Shown here: positions 25,140-37,470 of the stretch, piece after piece
Numbering within the stretch: position 1 is the stretch's first letter
How the letters are laid out: the number at the start of each line of letters is the position of its first letter
The notes under the pieces: generated by a model
The model's input: the letters and a program-made list of their open reading frames with translations, nothing else
The model's database searches: none
What the model was told of the DNA's origin: nothing
Program-made: the position numbers and the translations under genes
NCBI RefSeq assembly: GCF_963921235.1
Contig: NC_086097.1
Coordinates: 117,678,001-117,742,000, forward strand
Direction: 5' to 3'
DNA length: 64,000 bases
Origin: Mobula hypostoma
Lineage: Eukaryota

Positions 25140-28100
25140 GCTTAGCAGGCAGGCAGGACGAGGCTGGAGTCTTCAGGTTTGAAGCTAGAGGTGAGACTTG
25201 GCAGGAGGCAGAAGGCTGGAGTCTTCAGGCTTGAGGCTAGAGGTGAGGCTTGGCAGGAGGCAGGAGGCTGGAGTCTTCAGGCTTGAGGCTTGAGGCTAGA
25301 GGCGAGGCTTGGCAGGAGGCAGGATGAGGCTGGAGTCTTCAGGCTTGAGGCTAGGCAGGAGGCTGGAGTCTTCAGGCTTGAGGTTAGGCAGGAGGCTGGA
25401 GTCTTCAGGCTGGAGGCTGGAGAAGGAGACTTGAGGCGAGGCTGGAGGCTGGAGGCAGGAGACTTGAGGCATGGCGAGGCTGGAAGCTGGAGCAGGAGAC
25501 CTGAGGCGAGGCTGGAGGCAGGAGACGAGGCGAGGATGGAGGCAGGAGGCAGGAGACCTGAGGCGAGGCTGGAGGCTGGAGGCAGGAGATTTGAGGCGAG
25601 TCTGGAGGCAGGAGGCAGGAGACGAGGCGAGGCTGGAGGCTGGAGGCAGGAGAATTGAGGCGAGGCTGGAGGCTGGAGGCAGGAGGCAGGAGACTTGAGG
25701 CGAGGCGAGGATGGAGGCTGGAGGCAGGAGACTTGAGGTGAGGCGAGGCGGGAGGCTCGAGGCAGGAGACGAGGCGAGGCTGGAGGCAGGAGACGAGGCG
25801 AGGATGGAGGCAGGAGGCAGGAGACCTGAGGCGAGGCTGGAGGCTGGAGGCAGGAGATTTGAGGCGAGTCTGGAGGCAGGAGGCAGGAGACGAGGCGAGG
25901 CTGGAGGCTGGAGGCAGGAGAATTGAGGCGAGGCTGGAGGCTGGAGGCAGGAGGCAGGAGACTTGAGGCGAGGCGAGGATGGAGGCTGGAGGCAGGAGAC
26001 TTGAGGTGAGGCGAGGCGGGAGGCTCGAGGCAGGAGACGAGGCGATGCTGGAGGCAGGAGACTTGAGGCATGGCGAGGCTGGAAGCTGGAGGCAGGAGAA
26101 CTGAGGCGAGGCTGGATGCAGGAGACTTGAGGCATGGCGAGGCTGGAAGCTGGAGCAGGAGACCTGAGGTGAGGCTGGAGGCTGGAGGCAGGAGACTTGA
26201 GGCGAGGCTGGAGACTGGAGGAAGGAGGCAGGAGACGAGGCGAGGCGAGGCTGGAGGCAGGAGACGAGGCATGGCAAGGCTGGAAGCTGGAGGCAGGAGA
26301 ACTGAGGCAAGGTTGGAGGCAGGAGACGAGGCGAGGATGGAGGCAGGAGGCAGGAGACCTGAGGCGAGGCTGGAGGCTGGAGGCAGGAGACTTGAGGCGA
26401 GGCTGGAGGCAGGAGGCAGGAGACGAGGTGAGGCTGGAGGCTGGAGGCAGGAGACGAGGTGAGGCTGGAGGCTGGAGACTTGAGGCGAGGCTGGAGGTTG
26501 CAGGAAGGAGACTTGAGGTGAGGCTGGAGGCAGGAGGAAGGAGACAAGGCATGGCTGGAGGCTGGAGGCAGGAGACTTGAGGCGAGGCCGGAGGCTGGAG
26601 GCAGGAGTCTTGAGGCGAGGCTGGAGGCTGGAGGCAGGAGGCAGGAGACTTGAGGCGAGGCGAGGATGGAGGCTGGAGGCAGGAGACTTGAGGTGAGGCG
26701 AGGCGGGAGGCTCGAGGCAGGAGACGAGGCGATGCTGGAGGCTGAAGGCAGGAGACGAGGCGAGGCTGGAGGCTGGAGGCAGGAGACTTGAGGCATGGCG
26801 AGGCTGGAAGCTGGAGGCAGGAGAACTGAGGCGAGGCTGGAGGCAGGAGACTTGAGGCATGGCGAGGCTGGAAGCTGGAGCAGGAGACCTGAGGCGAGGC
26901 TGGAGGCTGGAGGCAGGAGACTTGAGGCATGGCGAGGCTGGAAGCTGGAGCAGGAGACCTGAGGCGAGGCTGGAGGCTGGAGGCAGGAGACTTGAGGCGA
27001 GGCTGGAGACTGGAGGAAGGAGGCAGGAGACGAGGTGAGGCGAGGCTGGAGGCAGGAGACGAGGCATGGCAAGGCTGGAAGCTGGAGGCAGGAGAACTGA
27101 GGCGAGGCTGGAGGCAGGAGACGAGGCGAGGATGGAGGCAGGAGGCAGGAGACCTGAGGCAAGGCTGGAGGCTGGAGGCAGGAGACTTGAGGCGAGGCTG
27201 GAGGCAGGAGACAGGAGACGAGGTGAGGCTGGAGGCTGGAGGCAGGTGACTTGAGGCAAGGCAAGGCTGGAGGCAGGAGACGAGGTGAGGCTGGAGGCTG
27301 GAGACTTGAGGCGAGGCTGGAGGTTGCAGGAAGGAGACTTGAGGTGAGGCTGGAGGCAGGAGGAAGGAGACAAGGCATGGCTGGAGGCTGGAGGCAGGAG
27401 ACTTGAGGCGAGGCCGGAGGCTGGAGGCAGGAGTCTTGAGGCGAGGCTGGAGGCTGGAGGCAGGAGGCAGGAGACTTGAGGCGAGGCGAGGATGGAGGCT
27501 GGAGGCAGGAGACTTGAGGTGAGGCGAGGCGGGAGGCTCGAGGCAGGAGACGAGGCGATGCTGGAGGCTGAAGGCAGGAGACGAGGCGAGGCTGGAGGCT
27601 GGAGGCAGGAGACTTGAGGCATGGCGAGGCTGGAAGCTGGAGGCAGGAGAACTGAGGCGAGGCTGGAGGCAGGAGACTTGAGGCATGGCGAGGCTGGAAG
27701 CTGGAGCAGGAGACCTGAGGCGAGGCTGGAGGCTGGAGGCAGGAGACTTGAGGCATGGCGAGGCTGGAAGCTGGAGCAGGAGACCTGAGGCGAGGCTGGA
27801 GGCTGGAGGCAGGAGACTTGAGGCGAGGCTGGAGACTGGAGGAAGGAGGAAGGAGACGAGGTGAGGCGAGGCTGGAGGCAGGAGACGAGGCATGGCAAGG
27901 CTGGAAGCTGGAGGCAGGAGAACTGAGGCGAGGCTGGAGGCAGGAGACGAGGCGAGGATGGAGGCAGGAGGCAGGAGACCTGAGGCAAGGCTGGAGGCTG
28001 GAGGCAGGAGACTTGAGGCGAGGCTGGAGGCAGGAGGCAGGAGACGAGGTGAGGCTGGAGGCTGGAAGCAGGAGACTTGAGGCGAGGCTGGAGGCTGGAG

Positions 28101-31100
28101 GCAGGAGACTTGAGGTGAGGCGAGGCGAGAGGCTCGAGGCAGGAGACTTGAGGTGATGCTGGAGGCTGAAGGCAGGAGACGAGGCGAGGCTGGAGGCTGG
28201 AGGCAGGTGACTTGAGGCAAGGCAAGGCTGGAGGCAGGAGACGAGGTGAGGCTGGAGGCTGGAGACTTGAGGCGAGGCTGGAGGTTGGAGGCAGGAGACT
28301 TGAGGTGAGGCTGGAGGCAGGAGGAAGGAGACAAGGCATGGCTGGAGGCTGGAGGCAGGAGACTTGAGGCGAGGCCGGAGGCTGGAGGCAGAAGACTTGA
28401 GGTGAGGCTGGAGGCCGGTGACTTGAGGCGAGGCTGGAAGCTGGAGGTAGGAGACGAGGTGATGCTGAAGGCTGGAGGCAGGAGACTTGAGGTGAGGCTG
28501 GAGGCTGGAGGAAGAAGACTTGAGGTGAGGCGAGGCTGGAGGCAGGAGACTTGAGGCGAGGCTGGAGGCTGAAGGCAGGAGACGAGATGAGGCTGGAGGC
28601 TGGAGACTTGAAGCGAGGCTGGAGGTTGGAGGCAGGAGACTTGAGGCGAGGCTGGAGGCAGGAGGCAGGAGACGAGGCATGGCTGGAGGCTGGAGGCAGG
28701 AGACTTGAGGCGAGGCCGGAGGCTGGAGGCAGAAGACTTGAGGCGAGGCCGGAGGCAGGTGACTTGAGGCGAGGCTGGAGGCTGGAGGTAGGAGACGAGG
28801 TGATGCTGAAGGCTGGAGGCTGGAGGCAGGAGACTTGAGGCAAGGCTGGAGGCTGGAGGAAGAAGACTTGAGGTGAGGCGAGGCTGGAGGCTGGAGGCAG
28901 GAGACTTGAGGTGAGGCGAGGCTGGAGGCTGGAGGCAGGAATCTTGAGGCGAGGCAAGGCTGGAGGCTGGAGGCAGGGGACTTGAGGTGAGGCGAGGCTG
29001 GAGGCTGGAGGCAGGAGACTTGAAGCGAGGCGAGGCTGGAGGCTGGAGGCAGGAGACTTGAGGTGATGCTGGAAGCTGGAGGCAGGAGATTTGAGGCGAG
29101 TCTGGAGGCTGGAGGCAGGTGACTTGAGGCGAGGCTGGAGGCAGGAGACTTGAGGCAAGGCTGGAGGCAGGAGACTTGAAGCGAGGCGAGGCTGGAGGCT
29201 GGACGCAGGAGACTTGAGGTGATGCTGGAGGCTGGAGGCAGGAGATTTGAGGTGAGGCTGGAGGCTGGAGGCAGGTGACTTGAGGCGAGGCTGGAGGCAG
29301 GAGACTTGAGGCGAGGCGAGGCTGGAGGCTGGAGGCAGGAGACGAGGCGAGGCTGGAGGCTGGAGGAAGGAGAATTGAGGTGAGGCGAGGCTGGAGGCTG
29401 GAGGCAGGAGACTTCAGGCGAGGCGAGGCTGGAGGCTGGAGGCAGGAATCTTGAGGCGAGGCAAGGCTGGAGGCTGGAGGCAGGAGACTTGAAACGAGGC
29501 GAGGCTGGAGGCTGGAGGCAGGAGACTTGAGGTGATGCTGGAGGCTGGAGGCAGGAGATTTGAGGCGAGGCTGGAGGCTGGAGGCAGGTGACTTGAGGCG
29601 AGGCTGGAGGCTGGAGGCAGGTGACTTGAGGCGAGGCTGGAGGCAGGAGACTTGAGGCGAGGCGAGGCTGGAGGCTAGAGGCTGGAGGCAGGAAACTTGA
29701 GGCGAGGCTGGAGGCAGGAGACTTGAAGCGAGGCGAGGCTGGAGGCCAGAGGCAGGAATCTTGAGGTGAGGCGAGGCTGCAGGCTGGAGGCAGGAGACTT
29801 GAGGTGAGGCGAGGCTGGAGGCTGGAGGCAGGAATCTTGAGGCGATGCAAGGCTTGAGGCAGGGGACTTGAGGTGAGGTGAGGCTGGAGGCTGGAGGTAG
29901 GAGACTTGAGGCGAGGTGAGGCTGGAGGCAGGAGACTTGAGGTGAGGCGAGGTTGGAGGCTGGAAGCAGGAATCTTAAGGCAAGGCAAGGCTGGAGGCTG
30001 GAGGCAGGGGACTTGAGGCGAGGTGAGGCTGGGGGCTGGAGGCAGGTGACTTGAGGCAGGGCGAGTCTGGAGGCTGGAGGCAGGAGACTTGAGGTGAGGC
30101 AGGAGTCTGGAGGCAGGAGACTTGAGGCGAGGTGAGGCTGGAGGCTGGAGGCAGGAGACTTGAGGCGAGGTGAGGCTGAAGGCTGGAGGCAGGAGACTTG
30201 AGGCGAGGCGATGCGGGAGGCTGGAGGCAGGAGACTTGAGGCGAGGCGAGGTGGGAGGCGGGAGGCTGGAGGCAGGAGACTTGAGGTGAGGCGAGGCTGG
30301 AGGCTGGAGGCAGGAGACTTGAGGCGCGGCGAGGTGGGAGGCGGGAGGCTGGAGGCAGGAGACTTGAGGTGAGGCGAGGCGGGAGTCTGGAGGCAGGAGA
30401 CTTGAGATGAGGCGAGGCTGAAGGCTGGAGGCAGGAGACTTGAGGTGAGGCGAGGCTGGAGGCTGGAGGCAGGAGACTTGAGGCGAGGCGATGCGGGAGG
30501 CTGGAGGCAGGAGACTTGAGGCGCGGCGAGGTGGGAGGCGGGAGGCTGGAGGCAGGAGACTTGAGGTGAGGCGAGGCGGGAGTCTGGAGGCAGGAGACTT
30601 GAGATGAGGCGAGGCTGAAGGCTGGAGGCAGGAGACTTGAGGTGAGGCGAGGCTGGAGGCTGGAGACGAGGCGAGGCGAGGCTGGAGGCTGGAGGCAGGA
30701 GACTTGAGGCGAGGCGAGGCTGGAGGCTGGAGGCAGGAATCTTGAGGCGATGCAAGGCTGGAGGCAGGGGACTTGAGGTGAGGTGAGGCTGGAGGCTGGA
30801 GGTAGGAGACTTGAGGCGAGGTGAGGCTGGAGGCAGGAGACTTGAGGTGAGGCGAGGTTGGAGGCTGGAAGCAGGAATCTTAAGGCAAGGCAAGGCTGGA
30901 GGCTGGAGGCAGGGGACTTGAGGCGAGGTGAGGCTGGGGGCTGGAGGCAGGTGACTTGAGATGAGGCGAGGCTGGAGGCTGGAGGCAGGAGACTTGAGGC
31001 AGGGCGAGTCTGGAGGCTGGAGGCTGGAGGCAGGAGACTAGACAAGGCAAGGCTGGAGTCTGGAGGCAGGAGACTTGAGGTGAGGCAGGAGTCTGGAGGC

Positions 31101-34100
31101 AGGAGACTTGAGGCGAGGTGAGGTGGGAGGCTGGAGGCTGGAAACTTGAGGCAGGGCGAGTCTGGAGGCTGGAGGCTGGAGGCAGGAGACTTGAGGCAGG
31201 GCGAGTCTGGAGGCTGGAGGCTGGAGGCAGGAGACTAGACAAGGCAAGGCTGGAGTCTGGAGGCAGGAGACTTGAGGTGAGGCAGGAGTCTGGAGGCAGG
31301 AGACTTGAGGCGAGGCGAGGCTGGAGGCTGGAGGCAGGAGACTTGAGGCGAGGTGAGGCTGAAGGCTGGAGGCAGGAGACTTGAGGCGAGGCGATGCGGG
31401 AGGCTGGAGGCAGGAGACTTGAGGCGAGGCGAGGTGGGAGGCGGGAGGCTGGAGGCAGGAGACTTGAGGTGAGGCGAGGCTGGAGGCTGGAGGCAGGAGA
31501 CTTGAGGCGAGGCGATGCGGGAGGCTGGAGGCAGGAGACTTGAGGCGCGGCGAGGTGGGAGGCGGGAGGCTGGAGGCAGGAGACTTGAGGTGAGGCGAGG
31601 CGGGAGTCTGGAGGCAGGAGACTTGAGATGAGGCGAGGCTGAAGGCTGGAGGCAGGAGACTTGAGGTGAGGCGAGGCTGGAGGCTGGAGACGAGGCGAGG
31701 CGAGGCTGGAGGCTGGAGGCAGGAGACTTGAGGCGAGGCGAGGCTGGAGGCTGGAGGCAGGAATCTTGAGGCGAGGCAAGGCTGGAGGCTGGAGGCAGGG
31801 GACTTGAGGTGAGGCGAGGTTGGAGGCTGGAGGCAGGAGACTTGAAACGAGGCGAGGCTGGAGGCTGAAGGCAGGAGACTTGAGGTGATGCTGGAGGCTG
31901 GAGGCAGGAGATTTGAGGCGAGGCTGGAGGCTGGAGGCAGGTGACTTGAGGCGAGGCTGGAGGCAGGAGACTTGAGGCGAGGCGAGGCTGGAGGCTAGAG
32001 GCTGGAGGCAGGAAACTTGAGGCGAGGCTGGAGGCAGGAGACTTGAAGCGAGGCGAGGCTGGAGGCCAGAGGCAGGAATCTTGAGGTGAGGCGAGGCTGC
32101 AGGCTGGAGGCAGGAGACTTGAGGTGAGGCGAGGCTGGAGGCTGGAGGCAGGAATCTTGAGGCGACGCAAGGCTGGAGGCAGGGGACTTGAGGTGAGGTG
32201 AGGCTGGAGGCTGGAGGTAGGAGACTTGAGGCGAGGTGAGGCTGGAGGCAGGAGACTTGAGGTGAGGCGAGGTTGGAGGCTGGAAGCAGGAATCTTAAGG
32301 CAAGGCAAGGCTGGAGGCTGGAGGCAGGGGACTTGAGGCGAGGTGAGGCTGGGGGCTGGAGGCAGGTGACTTGAGATGAGGCGAGGCGGGAGGCTGGAGG
32401 CAGGAGACTTGAGGCAGGGCGAGTCTGGAGGCTGGAGGCTGGAGGCAGGAGACTAGACAAGGCAAGGCTGGAGTCTGGAGGCAGGAGACTTGAGGTGAGG
32501 CAGGAGTCTGGAGGCAGGAGACTTGAGGCGAGGCGAGGCTGGAGGCTGGAGGCAGGAGACTTGAGGCGAGGTGAGGCTGAAGGCTGGAGGCAGGAGACTT
32601 GAGGCGAGGCGATGCGGGAGGCTGGAGGCAGGAGACTTGAGGCGAGGCGAGGTGGGAGGCGGGAAGCTGGAGGCAGGAGACTTGAGGTGAGGCGAGGCGG
32701 GAGTCTGGAGGCAGGAGACTTGAGATGAGGCGAGGCTGAAGGCTGGAGGCAGGAGACTTGAGGTGAGGCGAGGCTGGAGGCAGGAGACGAGGCATGGCAA
32801 GGCTGGAAGCTGGAGGCAGGAGAACTGAGGCGAGGCTGGAGGCAGGAGACGAGGCGAGGATGGAGGCAGGAGGCAGGAGACCTGAGGCAAGGCTGGAGGC
32901 TGGAGGCAGGAGACTTGAGGCGAGGCTGGAGGCAGGAGGCAGGAGATGAGGTGAGGCTGGAGGCTGGAGGCAGGAGACTTGAGGCGAGGCTGGAGGCTGG
33001 AGGCAGGAGACTTGAGGTGAGGCGAGGCGAGAGGCTCGAGGCAGGAGACTTGAGGCGATGCTGGAGGCTGAAGGCAGGAGACGAGGCGAGGCTGGAGGCT
33101 GGAGGCAGGTGACTTGAGGCAAGGCAAGGCTGGAGGCAGGAGACGAGGTGAGGCTGGAGGCTGGAGACTTGAGGTGAGGCTGGAGGTTGGAGGCAGGAGA
33201 CTTGAGGTGAGGCTGGAGGCAGGAGGAAGGAGACAAGGCATGGCTGGAGGCTGGAGGCAGGAGACTTGAGGCGAGGCCGGAGGCTGGAGGCAGAAGACTT
33301 GAGGTGAGGCTGGAGGCCGGTGACTTGAGGCGAGGCTGGAAGCTGGAGGTAGGAGACGAGGTGATGCTGAAGGCTGGAGGCAGGAGACGAGGTGAGGCTG
33401 GAGGCATAGACTTGAGGTGAGGCTGGAGGCTGGAGGAAGAAGACTTGAGGTGAGGCGAGGCTGGAGGCAGGAGACTTGAGGCGAGGCTGGAGGCTGAAGG
33501 CAGGAGACGAGATGAGGCTGGAGGCTGGAGACTTGAAGCGAGGCTGGAGGTTGGAGGCAGGAGACTTGAGGCGAGGCTGGAGGCAGGAGGCAGGAGACGA
33601 GGCATGGCTGGAGGCTGGAGGCAGGAGACTTGAGGCGAGGCCGGAGGCTGGAGGCAGAGGACTTGAGGCGAGGCCGGAGGCAGGTGACTTGAGGCGAGGC
33701 TGGAGGCTGGAGGTAGGAGACGAGGTGATGCTGAAGGCTGGAGGCTGGAGGCAGGAGACTTGAGGCAAGGCTGGAGGCTGGAGGAAGAAGACTTGAGGTG
33801 AGGCGAGGCTGGAGGCTGGAGGCAGGAGACTTGAGGTGAGGCGAGGCTGGAGGCTGGAGGCAGGAATCTTGAGGCGAGGCAAGGCTGGAGGCTGGAGGCA
33901 GGGGACTTGAGGTGAGGCGAGGCTGGAGGCTGGAGGCAGGAGACTTGAAGCGAGGCGAGGCTGGAGGCTGGAGGCAGGAGACTTGAGGTGATGCTGGAAG
34001 CTGGAGGCAGGAGATTTGAGGCGAGTCTGGAGGCTGGAGGCAGGTGACTTGAGGCGAGGCTGGAGGCAGGAGACTTGAGGCAAGGCTGGAGGCAGGAGAC

Positions 34101-35975
34101 TTGAAGCGAGGCGAGGCTGGAGGCTGGACGCAGGAGACTTGAGGTGATGCTGGAGGCTGGAGGCAGGAGATTTGAGGTGAGGCTGGAGGCTGGAGGCAGG
34201 TGACTTGAGGCGAGGCTGGAGGCAGGAGACTTGAGGCGAGGCGAGGCTGGAGGCTGGAGGCAGGAGACGAGGCGAGGCTGGAGGCTGGAGGAAGGAGAAT
34301 TGAGGTGAGGCGAGGCTGGAGGCTGGAGGCAGGAGACTTCAGGCGAGGCGAGGCTGGAGGCTGGAGGCAGGAATCTTGAGGCGAGGCAAGGCTGGAGGCT
34401 GGAGGCAGGAGACTTGAAACGAGGCGAGGCTGGAGGCTGGAGGCAGGAGACTTGAGGTGATGCTGGAGGCTGGAGGCAGGAGATTTGAGGCGAGGCTGGA
34501 GGCTGGAGGCAGGTGACTTGAGGCGAGGCTGGAGGCAGGAGACTTGAGGCGAGGCTAGAGGCTGGAGGCAGGAAACTTGAGGCGAGGCTGGAGGCAGGAG
34601 ACTTGAAGCGAGGCGAGGCTGGAGGCCAGAGGCAGGAATCTTGAGGTGAGGCGAGGCTGCAGGCTGGAGGCAGGAGACTTGAGGTGAGGCGAGGCTGGAG
34701 GCTGGAGGCAGGAATCTTGAGGCGACGCAAGGCTGGAGGCAGGGGACTTGAGGTGAGGTGAGGCTGGAGGCTGGAGGTAGGAGACTTGAGGCGAGGTGAG
34801 GCTGGAGGCAGGAGACTTGAGGTGAGGCGAGGTTGGAGGCTGGAAGCAGGAATCTTAAGGCAAGGCAAGGCTGGAGGCTGGAGGCAGGGGACTTGAGGCG
34901 AGGTGAGGCTGGGGGCTGGAGGCAGGTGACTTGAGATGAGGCGAGGCGGGAGGCTGGAGGCAGGAGACTTGAGGCAGGGCGAGTCTGGAGGCTGGAGGCT
35001 GGAGGCAGGAGACTAGACAAGGCAAGGCTGGAGTCTGGAGGCAGGAGACTTGAGGTGAGGCAGGAGTCTGGAGGCAGGAGACTTGAGGCGAGGCGAGGCT
35101 GGAGGCTGGAGGCAGGAGACTTGAGGCGAGGTGAGGCTGAAGGCTGGAGGCAGGAGACTTGAGGCGAGGCGATGCGGGAGGCTGGAGGCAGGAGACTTGA
35201 GGTGAGGCGAGGTTGGAGGCTGGAAGCAGGAATCTTAAGGCAAGGCAAGGCTGGAGGCTGGAGGCAGGGGACTTGAGGCGAGGTGAGGCTGGGGGCTGGA
35301 GGCAGGTGACTTGAGATGAGGCGAGGCTGGAGGCTGGAGGCAGGAGACTTGAGGCAGGGCGAGTCTGGAGGCTGGAGGCTGGAGGCAGGAGACTAGACAA
35401 GGCAAGGCTGGAGTCTGGAGGCAGGAGACTTGAGGTGAGGCAGGAGTCTGGAGGCAGGAGACTTGAGGCGAGGCGAGGCTGGAGGCTGGAGGCAGGAGAC
35501 TTGAGGCGAGGTGAGGCTGAAGGCTGGAGGCAGGAGACTTGAGGCGAGGCGAGGTGGGAGGCAGGAGACTTGAGGTGAGGCGAGGTTGGAGGCTGGAAGC
35601 AGGAATCTTGAGGCGACGCAAGGCTGGAGGCAGGGGACTTGAGGTGAGGTGAGGCTGGAGGCTGGCGGTAGGAGACTTGAGGCGAGGTGAGGCTGAAGGC
35701 TGGAGGCAGGAGACTTGAGGCGAGGCGATGCGGGAGGCTGGAGGCAGGAGACTTGAGGCGAGGCGAGGTGGGAGGCGGGAGGCTGGAGGCAGGAGACTTG
35801 AGGTGAGGCGAGGCGGGAGTCTGGAGGCAGGAGACTTGAGATGAGGCGAGGCTGAAGGCTGGAGGCAGGAGACTTGAGGTGAGGCGAGGCTGGAGGCTGG
35901 AGACGAGGCGAGGCGAGGCTGGAGGCTGGAGGCAGGAGACTTGAGGCGAGGCGGGGCTGGTGTCTTCAGGCTGGA
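25140..35975 (+). repeat. Purine-rich complex tandem array built from GAGGC, GAGGCTG and GAGGCAGGAGACTT modules, with higher-order repeats
   Basis: About 10.8 kb of these modules; higher-order offsets of 268 bp (25711/25979), 826 bp (26929/27755) and 4925 bp (28551/33476) are visible from near-identical ORF translations. Confidence 0.98.
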
Positions 35976-36352
35976 GGCTAGGCAGGCTCCTCCGGGGCAT
36001 GGCGCGGTTCACGTGGGCAAGGCGCAGTACTCCTGGGCAGGGCGCGGATCACCACCCGACAGAGGCAAGGGACAGGAAGGGACAGAACCAACCACAGGTA
36101 ACGTCAAGACAGCCTGGCTTACCTGGGTGGAGGCAAGGGACAGGAAGGGAGCTATGTACAGGGTGGCTCCAGGACAAGACGACAAGGCAAGGCAAGGCTT
36201 CAGGCAATGCAAGGCGTGAAGAGGACTTCAGGCGAGGCGAGAGTTACCGGCAGGACAAAGCAGGGCTTCAGGTGTGGAAACAGAAGGCAGAGGAAGGGAT
36301 ACAAGGAGTAAGGACAAGAACAATCCAGCAGTCACGCCCTGGTCTCTGAAGG

Positions 36353-36360
36353 TATTTATG
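36353..36360 (-). promoter_or_regulatory. TATA-like box of the solo LTR
   Basis: CATAAATA on the minus strand ~140 bp inside the TGTCATGG terminus, the usual U3 position, pointing into the array. Confidence 0.5.
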
Positions 36361-36857
36361 CAGCCAGCCCCAACGAGCATCAGCTGCCTCAATTGGAGCT
36401 CAACAAGAACAGAAACAGGGTAGATAGGAAAACCTGGAGCAAAGGTCGATGTACTGGACTGTGAACCGGAATACAGACTTCACGGACCGGACCATGACAG
36501 GAGCAGGGTAACAGACAACCGCAAGCCAGCAGTTCTAAAGATTGACCAAAAGTTCTTGAGTACACAGTAAATCTGCACTGAGCAGCAGTCTAGCCACTTT
36601 AGTCAGGATAAGTCCCATGCGTAACGTCGGCTACTGAAGGAGAGTGTCACCTGTCGTATCGCGTAGGTCTGACTCCTGCTGCTATTGGTGGTCTCCAGTG
36701 AGGTTTCGTCACTCTTTTCCTTCTCATCAATAGGCGATGCCAACAGAACACTCACTTCAGCACTTGTGTCACGCAGGAAGCATCATTCTGAAAGGGTGTC
36801 TGTGTTGCACAGTTGGAACCCTGGCAGCTGGAACACAAGGTATTCACATATGTCTGA

Positions 36858-36907
36858 TGATAATATTAATAACAATAATATTAAGTACTTTATTGATCCT
36901 CAATGGG
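36858..36907 (-). mobile_element. Extremely 5'-truncated LINE 3' tail inserted in the Gypsy gag/protease region
   Basis: Minus strand cccattgaggatcaataaagta plus an AT-rich tail; matches the ggatcaataaagta LINE end at 47160-47173. Confidence 0.55.
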
Positions 36908-37456
36908 ATGACCAATGTGCTGCCACTGTTGAAGCTGCAAGGTGGTTGACACTTCCTCGTGTTCCTACCAGAATGAGCAAGGTACAAGCAAAGGCCCGAC
37001 ATCGTCTGTCTTGCAGATATGGGCGTCTTTACATTGAGGACCTTGCTGACTGGGTTTATTGAGGTAGAGAAAGGAGGAGGAATGATGCACCACTGCCTAG
37101 CTGAGTGTAGACTATCAGCCATTTTGGCAAGCTCCCTGTAGCCCTTCATGGGTGCATTAATGAGGGCTATGCGAACTTGATCAGGCATTCGCTGCATAAA
37201 GAGTTCTTTAAAACTAATCCAAGGATGGTGATTTCCCAGGAGAGACAGCATGTGGTCCATTAGGTCCAACAGCTTAACATCACCAAGACCGGGCAAGGAG
37301 AGCAATTGTTTGGCGTGCTCTCACTCTGACCGTCCAAAAGTCTGCAGAAGGTGATTTTTCAGCAATCGGTACTAATCATGCTCGGGCAGACTCACTGCTC
37401 TTGCTGCCATGGAATTGCTGAGATACACGTTGGCTAACTCCAGAATCGTCCTAGAG

Positions 37457-37470
37457 CATAGGAGTCACCA
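37457..37470 (-). promoter_or_regulatory. Primer-binding site (tRNA-Trp-like) of the Gypsy element
   Basis: Minus strand TGGTGACTCCTATG directly after the 5' LTR; 11 of 14 match TGGTGACCCCGACG, the tRNA-Trp complement typical of CsRn1-clade elements. Confidence 0.7.

Larger units (their letters stand above)
24903..36499 (-). mobile_element. Solo-LTR-like insertion (11.6 kb) containing an expanded satellite
   Basis: GGAGC|TATCAT ... ATGACA|GGAGC: 5-bp TSD (24898-24902 / 36500-36504) and TGTCAT-type inverted termini (left TG mutated to TA). Host Gypsy pol sequence resumes across it; no gag/pol inside. Confidence 0.85.

Noticed and set aside
25140..35975. Array as an immunoglobulin switch region or a CRISPR array
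   Set aside because: It is G-rich and RGYW-dense, but there are no Ig exons or RSS nearby and it lies inside a TSD-flanked LTR. It has no unique spacers or cas genes, and the DNA is eukaryotic.
25277..36012. Giant minus-strand ORFs (up to 1865 aa, PASSLQPRL repeats) as a real mucin-like or structural protein gene
   Set aside because: All three frames are open and encode the same shuffled motifs because the + strand repeat rarely contains TTA, CTA or TCA. Module lengths (5, 7, 14 bp) do not preserve frame, and there is no signal peptide, unique domain or splice context.
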